Part shown: piece by piece, positions 13,107 through 26,723 of the stretch
Numbering within the stretch: position 1 is the first letter of the stretch
Layout of the letters: each line of letters begins with the position of its first letter
From: Lingula anatina
Lineage: Eukaryota > Animalia > Brachiopoda
Length of the DNA: 64,000 nucleotides
Reading direction: 5' to 3'
Assembly: GCA_051362555.1 (NCBI GenBank)
Contig: CM120640.1
Location: 57,576,788 to 57,640,787, forward strand
Notes under the pieces: model-generated
Database searches by the model: none
What the model was told of the DNA's origin: nothing
What the model saw: the letters and a program-made list of their open reading frames with translations, nothing else
Program-made: the position numbers and the translations under genes

Positions 13107-16100
13107 TCATTGTGTACCCATGGGCTTCTTTTTCTTCTTTTTCTTCTTCTTTTTCTTTTCTTCTGTTTGACATTTATCCAAGTCTTTACTCTGTGGCTGT
13201 GAGTCCTTAGGCTGTAAAGACAGACTTCCCATTGATACTGCATCCACATCCATTGGGACTTCTGCTCCATTCACCAAATTTGAACCATTTCTGCCTTCAA
13301 AATGCTTCCTCACTTAAAAAACAGGAAAACAATATTTATCTTGACATACCTAATAACTGCAATTACCACAACATTCATTTACTGTGATGATTATATATAA
13401 AATAAATAAAATATCATCAATTTGTTTTAAAATTCCTTTTCCATGTTACAATGGAAGCGGCATTTAAAGTTAATATATAGAATACTTATCCTCTCAATCC
13501 AGCAATTGGGTCTACATATTATGTAAATTTAACAGTATGTTTGCATTGCTTAGACAACCAAAACAAACTGGAAATGCACTTCATTATTTATGACAATGCT
13601 GGTATGCATTTGCTACAGCCTGAAAATAGTGCAGTCAACGAGACTAATATCTATCAACATTTAAGCATCGTATCTACTACATATTTTTTCTTTTTTGTTG
13701 TTGTTGTTGATAATATCCTTTATTTTTCTTCCAATCTAGGGTGCATTTAAAAATATATATCATAAATAACATAAGGTCATAGCATCAGAACTGCTTGCAT
13801 ATCTGCTTATTTGATGAAGAAATCATGAGCAGACTTTCTCAAATAACACAAATCAGTTAAAGTATATGACAACAGACTCAATACAGCAAATTGGTTGCAA
13901 AAGTTTGCCCAAGAATCACCTTGAGGAAAGCACATAGCTTTGCAATTTTCAACCACAGATGTGGCATCTTGACCTCTTAAATCCTTATCACATAGCAAAA
14001 CTCCAAAATTTTATGTGTTGTGTCTTTTAACAAATTGATTAAGAAGATTTGAAAGCAGTAGCCATTCTGGTTCTATCAGGCTATAATGACTTCTCCCCAT
14101 GTAATTTGCAAAAGCCAAAGAAGCAGCTAAATATCATTAATGCAGACCTGTATGTCTCTCCTTATGCAATTCACATAACCTCACCTGCAGCACTTTCTCG
14201 TATATCCCAAACCTTTAAGGCATTCTCCCCTCCTATAGCAAATACAAAGGCAGCATCTGGATTGTCTGCTACACACTGGAGTTCACCCTGGTATAAAAAA
14301 TGGTGTGGTTAAATTATTTCAGTGCATAATACACTTTTTTTATACAACACTTTCAACTTTGCATCATCTCAAATATAAGTTAAACATTGATATGGATCTT
14401 GTTTTGATAATCACGTTTACAGCATTTTTCTATCACAATTCCAGTTGTTCTTCTAAAAGAAAAAAGAAAAAAAAACATCTGACCTGGCTTACCAGAAACA
14501 AACTATTGGTATGGAAGTACTCTTACTTTAATGTACAAACAAGCTGTTAAAATTACTTGATCATGAACAAATAACACTACTAACCATTCCTAACTGTTTG
14601 TCAAGTATACATTCTGGCTTGTTATTTTCAATGTCCCAGACTTTGAAGGCTTTGTCAGCAGAAGACGTTACCAGCAGCCCAGGCACCTGGCTACTCAGAC
14701 GTAGACCTAAAATGAAGACAAAAATTATCAATTGAAGGAATGCAAAGCATGCATCAATATAGGCTTTCATTCTGGAAAACACACACACACATTTTCAACA
14801 GCACATCAACACTCACACACACATGCACCTGCATCTGCACACACACACACACATTCAAAGGGAAAACATCTGCTCATTTTGGCCAAAAATGGATCTTTCT
14901 GAAGTAAATGACAATTTTCCCATGCTCCCAAGGTTAATGAATGCATTCCAACATTCAAAGTCCTTTTTTTTTTCTAAAAAGTTTTTTTGTAATAATTTCT
15001 TCAGAGATTAGTACAGAAAGTAACCACCTATGGAGGTTTTGGTGGTATAACAGAATTCATTCTATGAGTTGCTTACAATGTATTTATTGTGAAAAATTTC
15101 ATACAAAGAGTTGTTCATCCCTTTAAATGTTGATGAAGGATCAAATTGTGAATGATAATGATATACAACAATAAATCAATCTTCCATACATTAATTAGTT
15201 AAACAAACCTGGCAGTTGTAGTTAGTTGACCACATTTGCTATGAAATATCAAAGAGCTACAATGATTGTTTAATGTAACAGTTAGGCATGAATTACAATG
15301 AGAACTAAAAAAGATTTTTTTACTGAGGGAGAAAGAGAGTCCAAGTATGTAAATGTGTGTGTGTGTTTGTGTGTGCGATTCATAAGTCAAAAACTGTACG
15401 ATTGCATATTTTTTTTACTGAGGGAGAAAGAGAGTCCAAGTATTTAAATGTGTGTGTGTGTGTTTTTGTGTGCGATTCATAAGTCAAAAACTGTAAGATT
15501 GCATATTTATTTGCCACTGAAAAAAAAAGATGAAATTTCAAAGACCTAAAAGAAAGGGATTAGTATAAACAAGTTTTTAGTATACCACAAATTATACATG
15601 TCAAAAAGAAAATAGGATAGAATACAAATATACAAGGGTCATGCAGAAGTTGACAATTTAAGGTAAGAAATTGCTTGAAATACACCCAAATTTTAATTTT
15701 TTTCCTAAGCATATGAATGATTATAAGTAAGGCTCAACTGAAAACTAATTTTTTCATCTGTTTCAGAACTATTTCAATAAGGCAAATTTGCTTGAATAAT
15801 AGGGGCCTAAATGACAAAAAACAAAAATAGGTAAAAAAATCTTCTCTTGTGGTTGTCATTGTATAAACTCAATTAAGATGCATAAGATCAACAATCCATC
15901 CTAACAAAAGAATTCCTCCCAGCTGTGAATAAATATTTTATTTAACAAGATCTGTTATAATAAGGCATACCCTTCCAACATCACACCTTCTAATATGTGC
16001 CTCCAACCAAATATGGGTAAGTGGGTTAATTGGTTAATCCATATCTGGGTAGTGGGTCATAAGAGAGCAAAATCATTCTTCCATTTCAAGTTCAAGGCAA

Positions 16101-19100
16101 TTTCATACCAGTGCTTGTTCCAGACATGGATCACAGAGAGGCTAAAACTCCATTGTTTATAAAGAGGGAAAAAACTTCAACAAAGAAAGATCAGGCACTG
16201 GGTTGTAATCTTCTGGAAATATGGCTATGAACCTGAATTTGGCAGATGTGTTGGGGAGCTCCTGGCCCTCTTTCTATCAGGGGTCAGGGACAATGAAAAC
16301 AAGCAACAAATCTGAATGAAGTGCTCCGCTGCAGTTGTTTTTCCACCACACTTCTGTTACGCAGCAGTCTGGCACCACCCAGCTTTTTGTGCATGGTAGG
16401 TAGACTGTAGGATCACTTTTTGCAATTAAAATTATAACCACTATTAGGATGAATAATTAAAATACTTATCTTTAGCACTTTAGATCATTAAATTAATTAA
16501 ATTAAATGGAGACTTTCAATGGTTTTAATCATTAAATTCCTTTCCTTAAATTATCATTGCTTTTATTCTTCTTTCTTGCTGTCTGCAATATATTGAAAAA
16601 AATACTTTTTCAATGTGAAACAGTGTAAGTTTATTAAATGTTACCCCTAAAAAATCGGCAAAGAATTAATCTTTCGTCAGTTGCTCATGCAAAATGATAA
16701 ATATATTATTTATATTATTTTCATCTCTCAAGGACTTTACCAAGATGCACCTGAACACTTTCACCTGCCTGTTTCTATTGGTACAACTGTTCCAAAGTAG
16801 GCACACAGCTAGACTGAACACAACAAAGCCCAGAGGTGACAACTCGACCAAACAGCAATGTCAACTGGATCTGAAGATTCCAGATTACAACAAACTGTGT
16901 CCAGATCACAGGAAGCAGATGCATCGTCACAATGTCCTTCTTACTAAACTCATTAAGGCACAAGAAGCTTTTATGTCTGAAATGAGTGTCTTAATCCAAC
17001 AAGTCAATGAGAAAAATATACAAGATGAGCAGGATCTGCAAGATGATGATAAATTGAACAAAGACCAAGGAGACAGTGCAAATCAACTAGAATCAACCCC
17101 GGTAGAAAAAAATGGGGGAATTCTTGTGGCTACTCTCGAGGTGAATGAGGTAAAAAATCATGAAAAACAAACTGAGCAATTAACAATGCGCCTTGAATAC
17201 CTGACCAAACAAATGAACAAGCAGAATGAAGTCCTTAACCAGATGATTCTAGAGAGATCTGAGTATAAGATGAACCTGGAAAATATGAAGATGCAGATGT
17301 TTGATGCCTTGCGTGACTTCAAGAGCCTAGAGACCAAGGTGGACACCATGCAGTCACATATGACTTTTCAGTACAGACCACAAGTTGACGTTGCTCCTCT
17401 CACCGAGTTCCATCAGACTATTTACCTGGGTAAGTGACATACACATAAATGAATCAAACAAACACGGACATTTCCAATAACTTTAGTCCTTTTTTTTTTT
17501 TTTTTTGAAAATTAACCTGTTACAACAACATTTACAATAATGTATTTTATGAAAGCAATGAGATTTTAAGATGAATTTTGCAGATTTTCACAGACAAGGG
17601 AATTAGAATACATAAAAACTTGTTAAGAAACATTTTTTAATCCAAATTTCATGATGGTAAATGTGAAATGCCATTTAAAAAGCATTAAGAAACAAACAGA
17701 AAATTTAGCATTTATGACTTTTGAATGTTTTGGAATGGCACTTTATATTACCATGATAAATCTCAGATGAAAACGGACACTTTAGACAGATATTTGTTAA
17801 CTATTTTGTACAGAGATTCTTCAAATCCTTCATTCTTACAAGTAAGTTTTGTTTATAGATGAACAGTATGCCCTTCCAGTAGCAGATCCAGGCTCTGTGG
17901 TCTTCGAGTGCACATTTGAAAAAGACCTATGTGGCTGTGCTCAGGATACAGATGATGACTTTGAGTGGACAAGGCACAGCAAAGAAACAACTACAAGAAT
18001 GACAGGGCCATCACATGACCACACAACTAGAGGAATGGGTATGTGGGGTTCCCTGGTATCTAAGAGCTAGACATTAGGTGCTAAAACCTCATACGCTGTT
18101 AACCAGATTTCATTTTCCCAAATTTGGGCAATCAGTTGCCTTGAATATTTTTTCTTAGCAAAAAGTCAACTAAAAGAAAAACTTAAATTCTTAGACCATA
18201 TTTACATACTTTCTCAATATTGTCATATTTCTTTCCAAATAATAATAAACTCTCATCATGGTGAAAGGGCCACTCCATGGAATTTTCCCACCAAAATTAA
18301 CTTTCTTGTGTGAAAACAAGGCAATGCGCGTGACAAATGATGCTGTTACTTTGACTGACCACTCATAAAAAACTAAAGTATCAAATTAAAAATGGAATAA
18401 AACATCGAATCCAAGTGCAGGGATGGGTCAAGCAATAATTCACGAGTAAGGGGAATTGTTCTATGCCCCAGGAAAATTAATTTTCGCAGGAAAATTCTAT
18501 GGAGTGGACCTTTAAAACAAAGAGATGTAGTCATCAGTAACAATGTAAAAATTACAAAATTTTCCTATCAAAATGCAAATCTTTTTCCAAGGCTATTACA
18601 TGTACATTGAGACATCTCCCCCACTGAAGCCTGGGGATAAAGCCCGCCTTACAACCCCTCCTATGGCCATGAGTAAAGATGGCTACTGTGTCCAGTTTTA
18701 CTACCACATGTTTGGCTATTCAACTGGGTCTCTCAGTGTATATGTCAACACAGGGAAAGACGGAAGAATGAGAAAGACTCCCGTCTGGACAAGAACAGGT
18801 ATATCAAAGTCAAATTATATCAAAATTTTGGTAAAATGTCTAATTGCGTCAATTAACCAGGCACACAAAAGTCATATTGGCATCAGACAATCCTGCAAAT
18901 GTGCAGGCAACTAAAATTTTATGATATTATGTATCTTGAAAACCAAAAATCATAGCAGATTCTTTCATTACTCAAACATAAAGACAATTTGAATTGGCTT
19001 AACATGAGAATTGACTATCATAGTTTAAGAAGAAAAGCAAATCACTGCAGTAAGAAATTATTCCAACACTTGCCACTTATTTATTTCTTTAAAAAAGCAG

Positions 19101-22100
19101 GATACATAAAAAACAATGTTTAACTTGTCATTCTGTTTCTTTGTCTTAACTTTTCTACCATAAACTCCCATAACTTCACACATTTTTTAAATGGAGAACA
19201 TGCTTTCAGCAGCCCCAAATTTAATCCCATTTGCGTATTTCAGGTAACCAAGGCAACATTTGGCACAAAGCCCAGGTGAGACTGGTGGCAGTGGACAAAG
19301 TCCAGGTGACATTTGAAGGGATCCGAGGGTTCACAGGACTGGGAGATATTGCCCTGGATGATATCTTGATCAGAAATGGAAAATGTATTTGAAGGAATCA
19401 ATCTTTTTCAAATGACATTAAGGGAAACAAGCCATGTTTTCAAAAAATGTTATGTCACTTGTTATTCCTTACATCAATCTTCTTCTTTATCTTTAATTTT
19501 TTTGGCAGGATTTAGAGTTCTTACATATAGCTTATAGTATCATAACCATCACATATTAAAAATTTATCAGAAAATGGTCATAAATATATGCAACAATTAA
19601 GTGAAAACATGCCATAAAATGACACTAGGAGTAACACATACAGTGATTTTTTTCACATTTTGATGAATAAACAGACGTGAAGTATTAGTAAAACTGGTGA
19701 AGTATTTTTTAATGACTAACTGACATCAAGATATTGACAATCTCATTATTCCTAACACCTTCCATCTTCCTATTTTATAACAATATAATTATTAACACCC
19801 TACAATTCTGGTCTTATGACAACACAATGGCTAAAATGAAGCAACATGGACTAAGGAAAACAGAAAAAAAATCTTTTGCCATTTTGCACAAGAAATTAAC
19901 CCGAAAAATCCATAAACACACACACCTTTAATATCTGATACAGTCACCTACCTGTAACTGCCTTGTCATGTGCACTAAGTGTGAAGACTGGTTTGTCCAT
20001 TCTGGCATCTACATAATACACAAAACCCTGGTCAGTACTAGCCTGTTAAAAAGAAGGAAAAATATCAAGTAAAAAACTGCTATGGTAACCATGGCATAAA
20101 CATGTTACACCTTGCGTGTGACCAAGCACTAAAAACAGCACTAAAAACACTTCTTGGGCCAAGAGACACATTTTATAAGTGGTGATTTAAGTGTATGGAA
20201 TATTGCCCATGAAATATGCCATCTGCCCTTATAATTGGAGATTTTAATTTAAAAATATTAAATTTAAAAATATTAAACCCTTTTATTATCATTTAAACAG
20301 TTTAAGATATGGTTTTAAATATTAGAACAAAGCAATCATTTTGGTTTAAACTGGTAAGATGCATTCTTCAATTTTTCTCTCTAAAAGCCTATTTTCCATT
20401 CATTTAGAGGAAGGTGACATTAACAAATATATGTTTTGTAAAATGTTATAAAAAGTTTGGGATGATAAAAACCAATCATGTACCAAATAATGAAAGGGGG
20501 AGAAATGATTCCAGGTCACACGTTCTATCTCGCCTTTTAACTGCCATGTCTTGTGAGTATCATTGGGACATCTGCAGTCATACACTTTCACAGTCCTAAA
20601 AATAAGACAAAAATGAAAAGAAGTGCATCAATACTTCATTTGCATCAAAATAATACAAATAATGTTCAATCTGAAGAAAAATCGCCTTTGTAAAATACAT
20701 ATCATATATCTATTTTTACATGATACATACTGATCAAAAGATCCACTCAACAAAGACTGTGCTTCAAATGGATGCCATTCTAAAGTTTGCACCTGAAAAG
20801 AAAAGAAATTATGTAAGATCATTGTGACATTATTTGAATGATAATAAATACTGTTAATATCTCTAAGACACAACTTGAGAAAAAACATGCAATATCTAGA
20901 AGTTCGCAGCACAGGAGGCAAATAAAATTGCATGTAATACTTTGTAACAGATGGGCGGATTGAGGCCATCTTCTGGGTCTTCTGGAAGATGGTCAGATAT
21001 TCAAGTTTACATTGACATCTGTGGGAAGACGGTCAAAAATGGAGGATTGATCAACAAAGATAATTTGGAAAACTGTCAGAAAATATCTCTGCATCCGCCC
21101 TTGACAGAATATGACCACATTTTTGAAATTTCCCTTTGTGCCTAGTGTAATGTTTTCTTCATCTTTAGTTATTAAACATCTTACCTTATAAAGAAATGTT
21201 TGTTAAGTAGAATGAAAGTAATAACATCTTGGAATTATGAACTTCCATGCATGATTACAAATGTTGAAGTTTTTCCACAAGATGCAAGTCACTATAACAT
21301 CTTACCTTATAAAGAAATGTTTGTTAAGTAGAATGAAAGTAATAACATCTTGGAATTATGAACTTCCATGCATGATTACAAATGTTCACTTATGCACTTA
21401 AAACCTGTTAATTAGTAAAAAAAGACCCACAGGAATGTATTCTTACCTTCTCTTTGTGCTGTCTTATAGAGGTTACCATAGTTCCCTGTGACAGATCCCA
21501 AAGCCCTATGGTAAAATCTGCAGATCCACTTGCCAGAACATTGCTAATTTGAGTAAAAAAATATCTGTTAATTTCCATACACCTTACACAAATAAAATAA
21601 TTGCATTATCATAAAGGGAGAAACTTTAAACTAATCTCTTGTAACTGTCCAATTTCAAATCTTAAGGCTAAAAGATAGAACAATATTCTGCATTCTCTGA
21701 CTATGACTGACCGTGCTTCCTTATTCCAAGAAAGGTCCAAAACAGCATCTGTGTGACCAGCAGCAGTAGCACTGTTCTTTTTCTGAAAATTATGGATTAA
21801 ATAAATGACCATTATTAATTTACATATATCTAAGTACTAATGCAATTTTAATGCAATTTTTGGGATCACTGACAAACTTCAACCGAAAATGACTTACTTT
21901 ATGAAATGACCTGATTTTTATTTGTTAGTGAACTTGAGGTTACAGCAAACCCAAAACATATTGAGAACCCTATAAAATGTTACCACTATCACATAACAGG
22001 CATATAACTTGGCAACCAGCATGTTATTATCTTTCCAATTTTTATTTCATGAATATAACTGAAATGTAAATTCACCTTTTTGGATTTCTTCACTTTAGTT

Positions 22101-24007
22101 CCCAACGTGAATGTTGGTTCTAAGCAATCTATAACATCAAGATCCCAGAGATCTATAGTTGGTTCCATACTACTCACTGCCAGCATATTTCCTGAAAAGA
22201 CAAACGCGGTACACATTTAAAATATCTGTATAAACACAGGTCAAATGTGGATCCAAGCCCTCTTCTTCCTATTCCGAACGAATACGATGGATAAATCCCT
22301 TTACACCTCTTTTCAATATGAGAGTTAAAACATGACAATGGTTAGATATGTGAAAATCTCCCAATGACCCACTGATCTCCCCCACCAGCCTCCTTGCCTT
22401 CTATCCTAGATCTGTGAATGTGCAATTCACCTTGTAATCACCATCTAGTATATATTTGCAAGAACAGAGCATTCTGCCTCAAATTGCTTATTTTCTCCAT
22501 TTCCCTAAATATTGAAAATACATAAAAACTGACGGGTATATGACAAAAGATCTCACAAACCTGTCTGCTGTTCCCCTGGGTCATAATTCAACCACTCTAA
22601 TGCCAGGGGAAAAGATGGGAGTATAATGTCATGGTGGCAGTAAAAGTTTGCCTCCTCCTCATTGTACACTGAAACAAAGAATAATTATTCTATGATTCCT
22701 TGATGGACAACAAGTAGTTCATTTAACTCAAACAACGAACTCTTAAATCAAGCTCAACATGTTACTAATCTTAAGCATGTATCTACTGTTAGATATATAA
22801 ATGATAAACCTTGTTTCACTTATAGAAAAGTAAATATAAAAAAGAATAAGCACTCACCATGTATTTCTAACAGAGTGCAATCTTGTTGAACTCTGGCTAC
22901 CGCCAATAAATTATCAGTAGGTTTTATCGTAAAATCTTCATTATCACTGTCATCCTGCTAAAAAATCATGTACATCATTATTTGGCTAAAAGTGTTCAGG
23001 TGAGTAAAACAAAAAAGGATATTGTGAAAAAAATTCAAGGTTTTATAAATCAAGCCAATACTTGAAAAATAAAAAGTCACCTGACATAGTAACAGAGGAT
23101 ATTGGTTTGAAACTTGATAATATGCAAAAGAGAAGCAAAAAATCTTTTATACCTCATCCTTCAATGTAATATATGGATCATCATCATTGCTTGCATAATA
23201 TGTCAGACCAGCAATTCCATCCCAAGGAGAAGAGACTAAAATTCACAAAAATAAAACTTCTTAATGTAAATCTATAACAAACCTTTCATAAAATAGTCAT
23301 TATTTTAATGGTCACAGCCTTGAGGAAAAGCATCTGCTTTATCTTTTTTTTATTGCTAGCCTACAGAAAATGTAACTAATATAATGCAATACCTTCCTCG
23401 TCTTCATCATAATTTTCCAGGCCATATTCAGCAATTATGTCATCAACATCTTCCTCCTCAACATCATCCTTTTCAGGTTCCTCCTTTCTTTTCTTTTTCT
23501 TTATCTTCTTCTTTCCTCCTGTGGCTATTAAATCAGCTCCTTCCATATCGTGTACTTGGTCTCCATCATCTTCTTCTTCATCTCCTAACTCTGCATTTCT
23601 TTCAGAGAGAAAAACACAGCATTAGTGCACCAACAAAAGTGAAGAGGAGTATTTTACATAATTTCCCGATGAAACCAATAAATTAAATTAATATTCCAAT
23701 AAGTGTGAGCAACTTACGCAATGCCCTGCTTTGTATCTTTTATAATCTTCTCAAGTTCCTCTTTAGTAACTTGCACCTGAAAACAATGTAAAATTCCAAT
23801 ACAGCAAGTTGAACTATCTTAACTGCAGTACCCAGCAATTAAGATTCATGAATTTCAACATTACTAAAATAACGAGTTTACATTTCCTTATCAACTCAAA
23901 ATTAGATCTTTAAGAAGTTAAAATAAGGTATAAGTATTTACCTTATCAGGTGTAGCTTTGGCCACTCCTTTCTTTACCCAAGTCAAGCAAGGAACAAACC
24001 CTTTCAT
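13107..24007 (-). CDS. PWP1: Periodic tryptophan protein 1 (WD40, ribosome biogenesis), ~532 aa
   Basis: 15 exons: 24007-23942, 23776-23718, 23598-23393, 23235-23153, 22954-22858, 22668-22561, 22191-22076, 21782-21712, 21543-21447, 20792-20731, 20595-20484, 20042-19952, 14706-14585, 14287-14185, 13312-13107 (sum 1599 nt, in frame). Motifs: [13 protein letters not shown], acidic N-terminus, [57 protein letters not shown]. Confidence 0.95.
15315..15509. repeat. Tandem duplication, ~100 bp x2
   Basis: TTTTACTGAGGGAGAAAGAGAGTCCAAGTAT...(GT)n...GATTGCATATTT repeated directly. Confidence 0.85.
16745..19392 (+). CDS. Secreted coiled-coil + MAM-domain protein, ~406 aa, nested antisense in PWP1 intron 12
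   Basis: Exons 16745-17429, 17859-18038, 18592-18798, 19244-19392 (1221 nt, in frame). Signal peptide [16 protein letters not shown] and heptad-rich middle. MAM motifs: [64 protein letters not shown]. Confidence 0.9.
18266..18511. mobile_element. Kolobok-like MITE
   Basis: TIRs AGGGCCACTCCATGGAATTTTCC / GGAAAATTCTATGGAGTGGACCT, flanked by TGAA and TTAA. Confidence 0.6.
20951..21101. mobile_element. Short MITE (GGGCGGAT...ATCCGCCC termini)
   Basis: Related copies at ~42831-42993 and ~59001-59157, inside the HINE-like elements. Confidence 0.6.
21175..21386. repeat. Tandem duplication, 121-bp period
   Basis: AACATCTTACCTTATAAAGAAATG...GATTACAAATGTT occurs twice. Confidence 0.9.
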
Positions 24008-24258
24008 TTTTTCTATAACCAGATAACAATATCTCTTAATAAACATTTCAAGTAAAGGCCGAGTTATTTAAAAACTCATATGCGTCTATTATATATATAT
24101 GGTCACTTCACAATCTAAATAAATTTAAAATCTATCCGAGTATATGAACATTAGTTGTAAGCATTTGTAGGGATAAACAGATTTTGTCAACGAGCTTACT
24201 CAATCTCTTTTTCAGTCCCTGTCCTCTATGCGCAACCACTGGTGTCTATGACCACTAC

Positions 24259-24296
24259 CAAGGAGTTATAACAGTTATAACTGTTATAACTCCTTG
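24259..24296. mobile_element. 38-bp perfect palindrome with a 7-bp target-site duplication (P-element-like micro-MITE or footprint)
   Basis: CAAGGAGTTATAACAGTTATAACTGTTATAACTCCTTG is its own reverse complement and is flanked by CCACTAC at 24252-24258 and 24297-24303. Confidence 0.7.
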
Positions 24297-24519
24297 CCAC
24301 TACCTAGATTGTATGCTGTACGAATGTTGAAAATACATGTAGTATGTTTAGAACCGAAGTTGTGATTACCTGTCACACTTCCGTTCATTTATGAACCAAG
24401 GGAACTATAAGCCAATATTAGCTTTAAACACATTCTAGCACACAGAAAAAGACCTGTACCTTTTCACAATATCCTAAACTGAGTTCTAAACAGTTTAAAA
24501 CACTGCATCTGGTCGGCCG

Positions 24520-24525
24520 CACGTG
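24520..24525. promoter_or_regulatory. E-box CACGTG in the probable PWP1 promoter
   Basis: Lies in a GC-rich patch (GGTCGGCCGCACGTGTG) ~500 bp upstream of the PWP1 ATG. Ribosome-biogenesis genes are typical Myc E-box targets. Confidence 0.4.
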
Positions 24526-25496
24526 TGTTGTCTTTTAATTATCAATCCCGCAGTAAATGGATGACATAGAAAAAAAATACACATTCTTGATCTATCGATT
24601 GCCATGCTATTATCGTTAATTCATTTTAAGAAAATAGATAAGGTATTTTTGTCTTGTTGTACAGTGGATTGTATTTTATTTCAAGAAACAATCAATAAAT
24701 ATAGAACAGACAGGGCCAATCAAATTCACGAATTACTTTAAGTGCTTAGAAAACAGATACTGTTGAAAATGAATCGGAGTGCCTGAGCAGAACAAGCATA
24801 TAATTAGAAAGCAAAGTAGGTAATGATAGGTAATAAGTAGGTAATGATAGATGTTAGTGATATGTACTTTGTTGTTACAGTTTGCTTATTAAGGTGACGG
24901 ACACGTTTGAGAAGTATGGTAAACTGTGATAGCCCCCGTGAACTGGATTAGTAGATGTCAGAAATATGCCCTCGATTGACGATGTTCACCATTAGTAGAG
25001 AGCTTTCGCAACTGCACGTTTAGGCGACCGACTACATTTAGCTATCCGTAACCGTAAAGTGACCAAAGTTTATTTTTTCGTGATTTCGCAGAAAGACCCG
25101 GTTAGCCTTTACGGATAGTCGAATTGTATAGTAGGCTGATACATGTTTCCCGTGCTGTAAGCAGAGACGTTAAATGAGGTCATACGCCATTGGACAGGTT
25201 AGGTAATTTTTGCTGCACGCGGGTGATGAACGAATAGGCATGATAAACATTACAGGGGTAAACACACTTTAGACCACGGTGCAAGTGAAGAACAAAAGAC
25301 TCGGACGTGGTGTAACTTGCATAACCGCACGTCTCGCATGAATGCGTTATAACCTGTTTATGGACCGTGGTCAAAATAAGATAGACCCCTCGTCAGCGGG
25401 GTTATGTGACATCCACTCGTGCTACGCACTCATTTATGCCACATAACCCTCGCTGACTCAGGGTCTATCTATTACTAAAACTACACACGCCTCAAC

Positions 25497-26561
25497 ATGG
25501 ACCTCCTGCAAATGGCAGTTCAAGGCGATGATGAGGAGTTGATATACGCTCTCCTTCGCGATAGACCTCAGAAAAGGCTGATAACCTACATGTTGTATGA
25601 CCCTGAATGGCCAAGTTTTAATTTGGGTACCCTTACTAACGATCAGTGTTTGAACGACTTTCGCTTTGAAAAGGAAGATGTATATCGCTTGGTAACGTTA
25701 TTAGGACTTCCTGACATGATAACTGTAACTAACAGATGCAGGGGCAGCGGACTTGATGCCTTATGTATGGTTTTAAAGAGATTTTCGCACCCAAATCGAC
25801 TGAGTGATTTGGAAAGATTTTTTGGTCGACTTGCATCGACCTTATCCGTGATCATCAATCACACTGTTGGTCTACTCTATGACAGTCATCATCATCATCG
25901 TTTGGATACACTGGATAATCCGTGGTTGGGTCCTGCACTACTTCAAATTTATGCTAATAAAATACATGAGAAGGGTGCGCCACTGCAGAACTGCATAGGT
26001 TTTGTGGATGGCACGGTTCGTCCTATAAGCAGGCCAACACGCAATCAACGTGTATGTTACAATGGACACAAGCGCATTCACACATTGAAATTTCAATCAG
26101 TGGTGATACCTAGCGGGTTGATTGCACATCTTTATGGTCCTCTAGAAGGGCGAAGGCATGATTGTGCACTGCTTCGTTTGAGTGGACTGATGGAACAAAT
26201 GGAAGCTAGAGAGCTTACTGATAGGAATGGTCTACCATACGCAATTTATGGAGATCCGGCTTACCCCATTAGAAGGTATCTGTTGAGTCCCTTCAGAGGA
26301 GCAAATTTGAGTGCCGAAGAAGAAGAATTCAATAGGAGAATGTCATCTGTCTGGGAATGCGTCGAGTGGGAGTTTGGAAACTTATTGCGAAACTTTGCCT
26401 TCCTGGGCTTTCGAAAGAATTTAAAAGTTCTGTTGTCTCCTGTAGCTAAGTACTACTTGGTAGGTGATCTTCTGGTTAACTGCCATACCTGTGTGTATGG
26501 CAATCAGACCAGTCGGTACTTTCAACTAGATCCTCCCACCTTGGAGAACTATTTAGCATGA
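25497..26561 (+). CDS. Harbinger (HARBI1-like) DDE transposase, 354 aa
   Basis: Intronless ORF with GFVDGT, YNGHKRIHTLKFQ, GRRHD, IYGDPAY and VEWEFG (DDE triad present). Confidence 0.9.
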   Translation: MDLLQMAVQGDDEELIYALLRDRPQKRLITYMLYDPEWPSFNLGTLTNDQCLNDFRFEKEDVYRLVTLLGLPDMITVTNRCRGSGLDALCMVLKRFSHPNRLSDLERFFGRLASTLSVIINHTVGLLYDSHHHHRLDTLDNPWLGPALLQIYANKIHEKGAPLQNCIGFVDGTVRPISRPTRNQRVCYNGHKRIHTLKFQSVVIPSGLIAHLYGPLEGRRHDCALLRLSGLMEQMEARELTDRNGLPYAIYGDPAYPIRRYLLSPFRGANLSAEEEEFNRRMSSVWECVEWEFGNLLRNFAFLGFRKNLKVLLSPVAKYYLVGDLLVNCHTCVYGNQTSRYFQLDPPTLENYLA

Positions 26562-26723
26562 ACTGTACACGTGTAAATTGTGCGTATGAAAAATTAAAGA
26601 GTAAAATCTAAAATTTATACAGCAAGCAAACTTTATTGAAATGAAATTTTGAAGAAAAACAAAGATTTAACAAAGATCCATCCCATGTGTATGTTGTAGG
26701 CAGCAAGAGCCTAGTATGTCAAT

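Noticed and set aside
17647-17760. Imperfect inverted repeat in MAM gene intron 1
   Set aside because: Too degraded to classify; likely an old MITE remnant.
23384-23686. Plus-strand ORFs over PWP1 exon 3 and other antisense ORFs over exons
   Set aside because: Antisense shadows of real coding exons.
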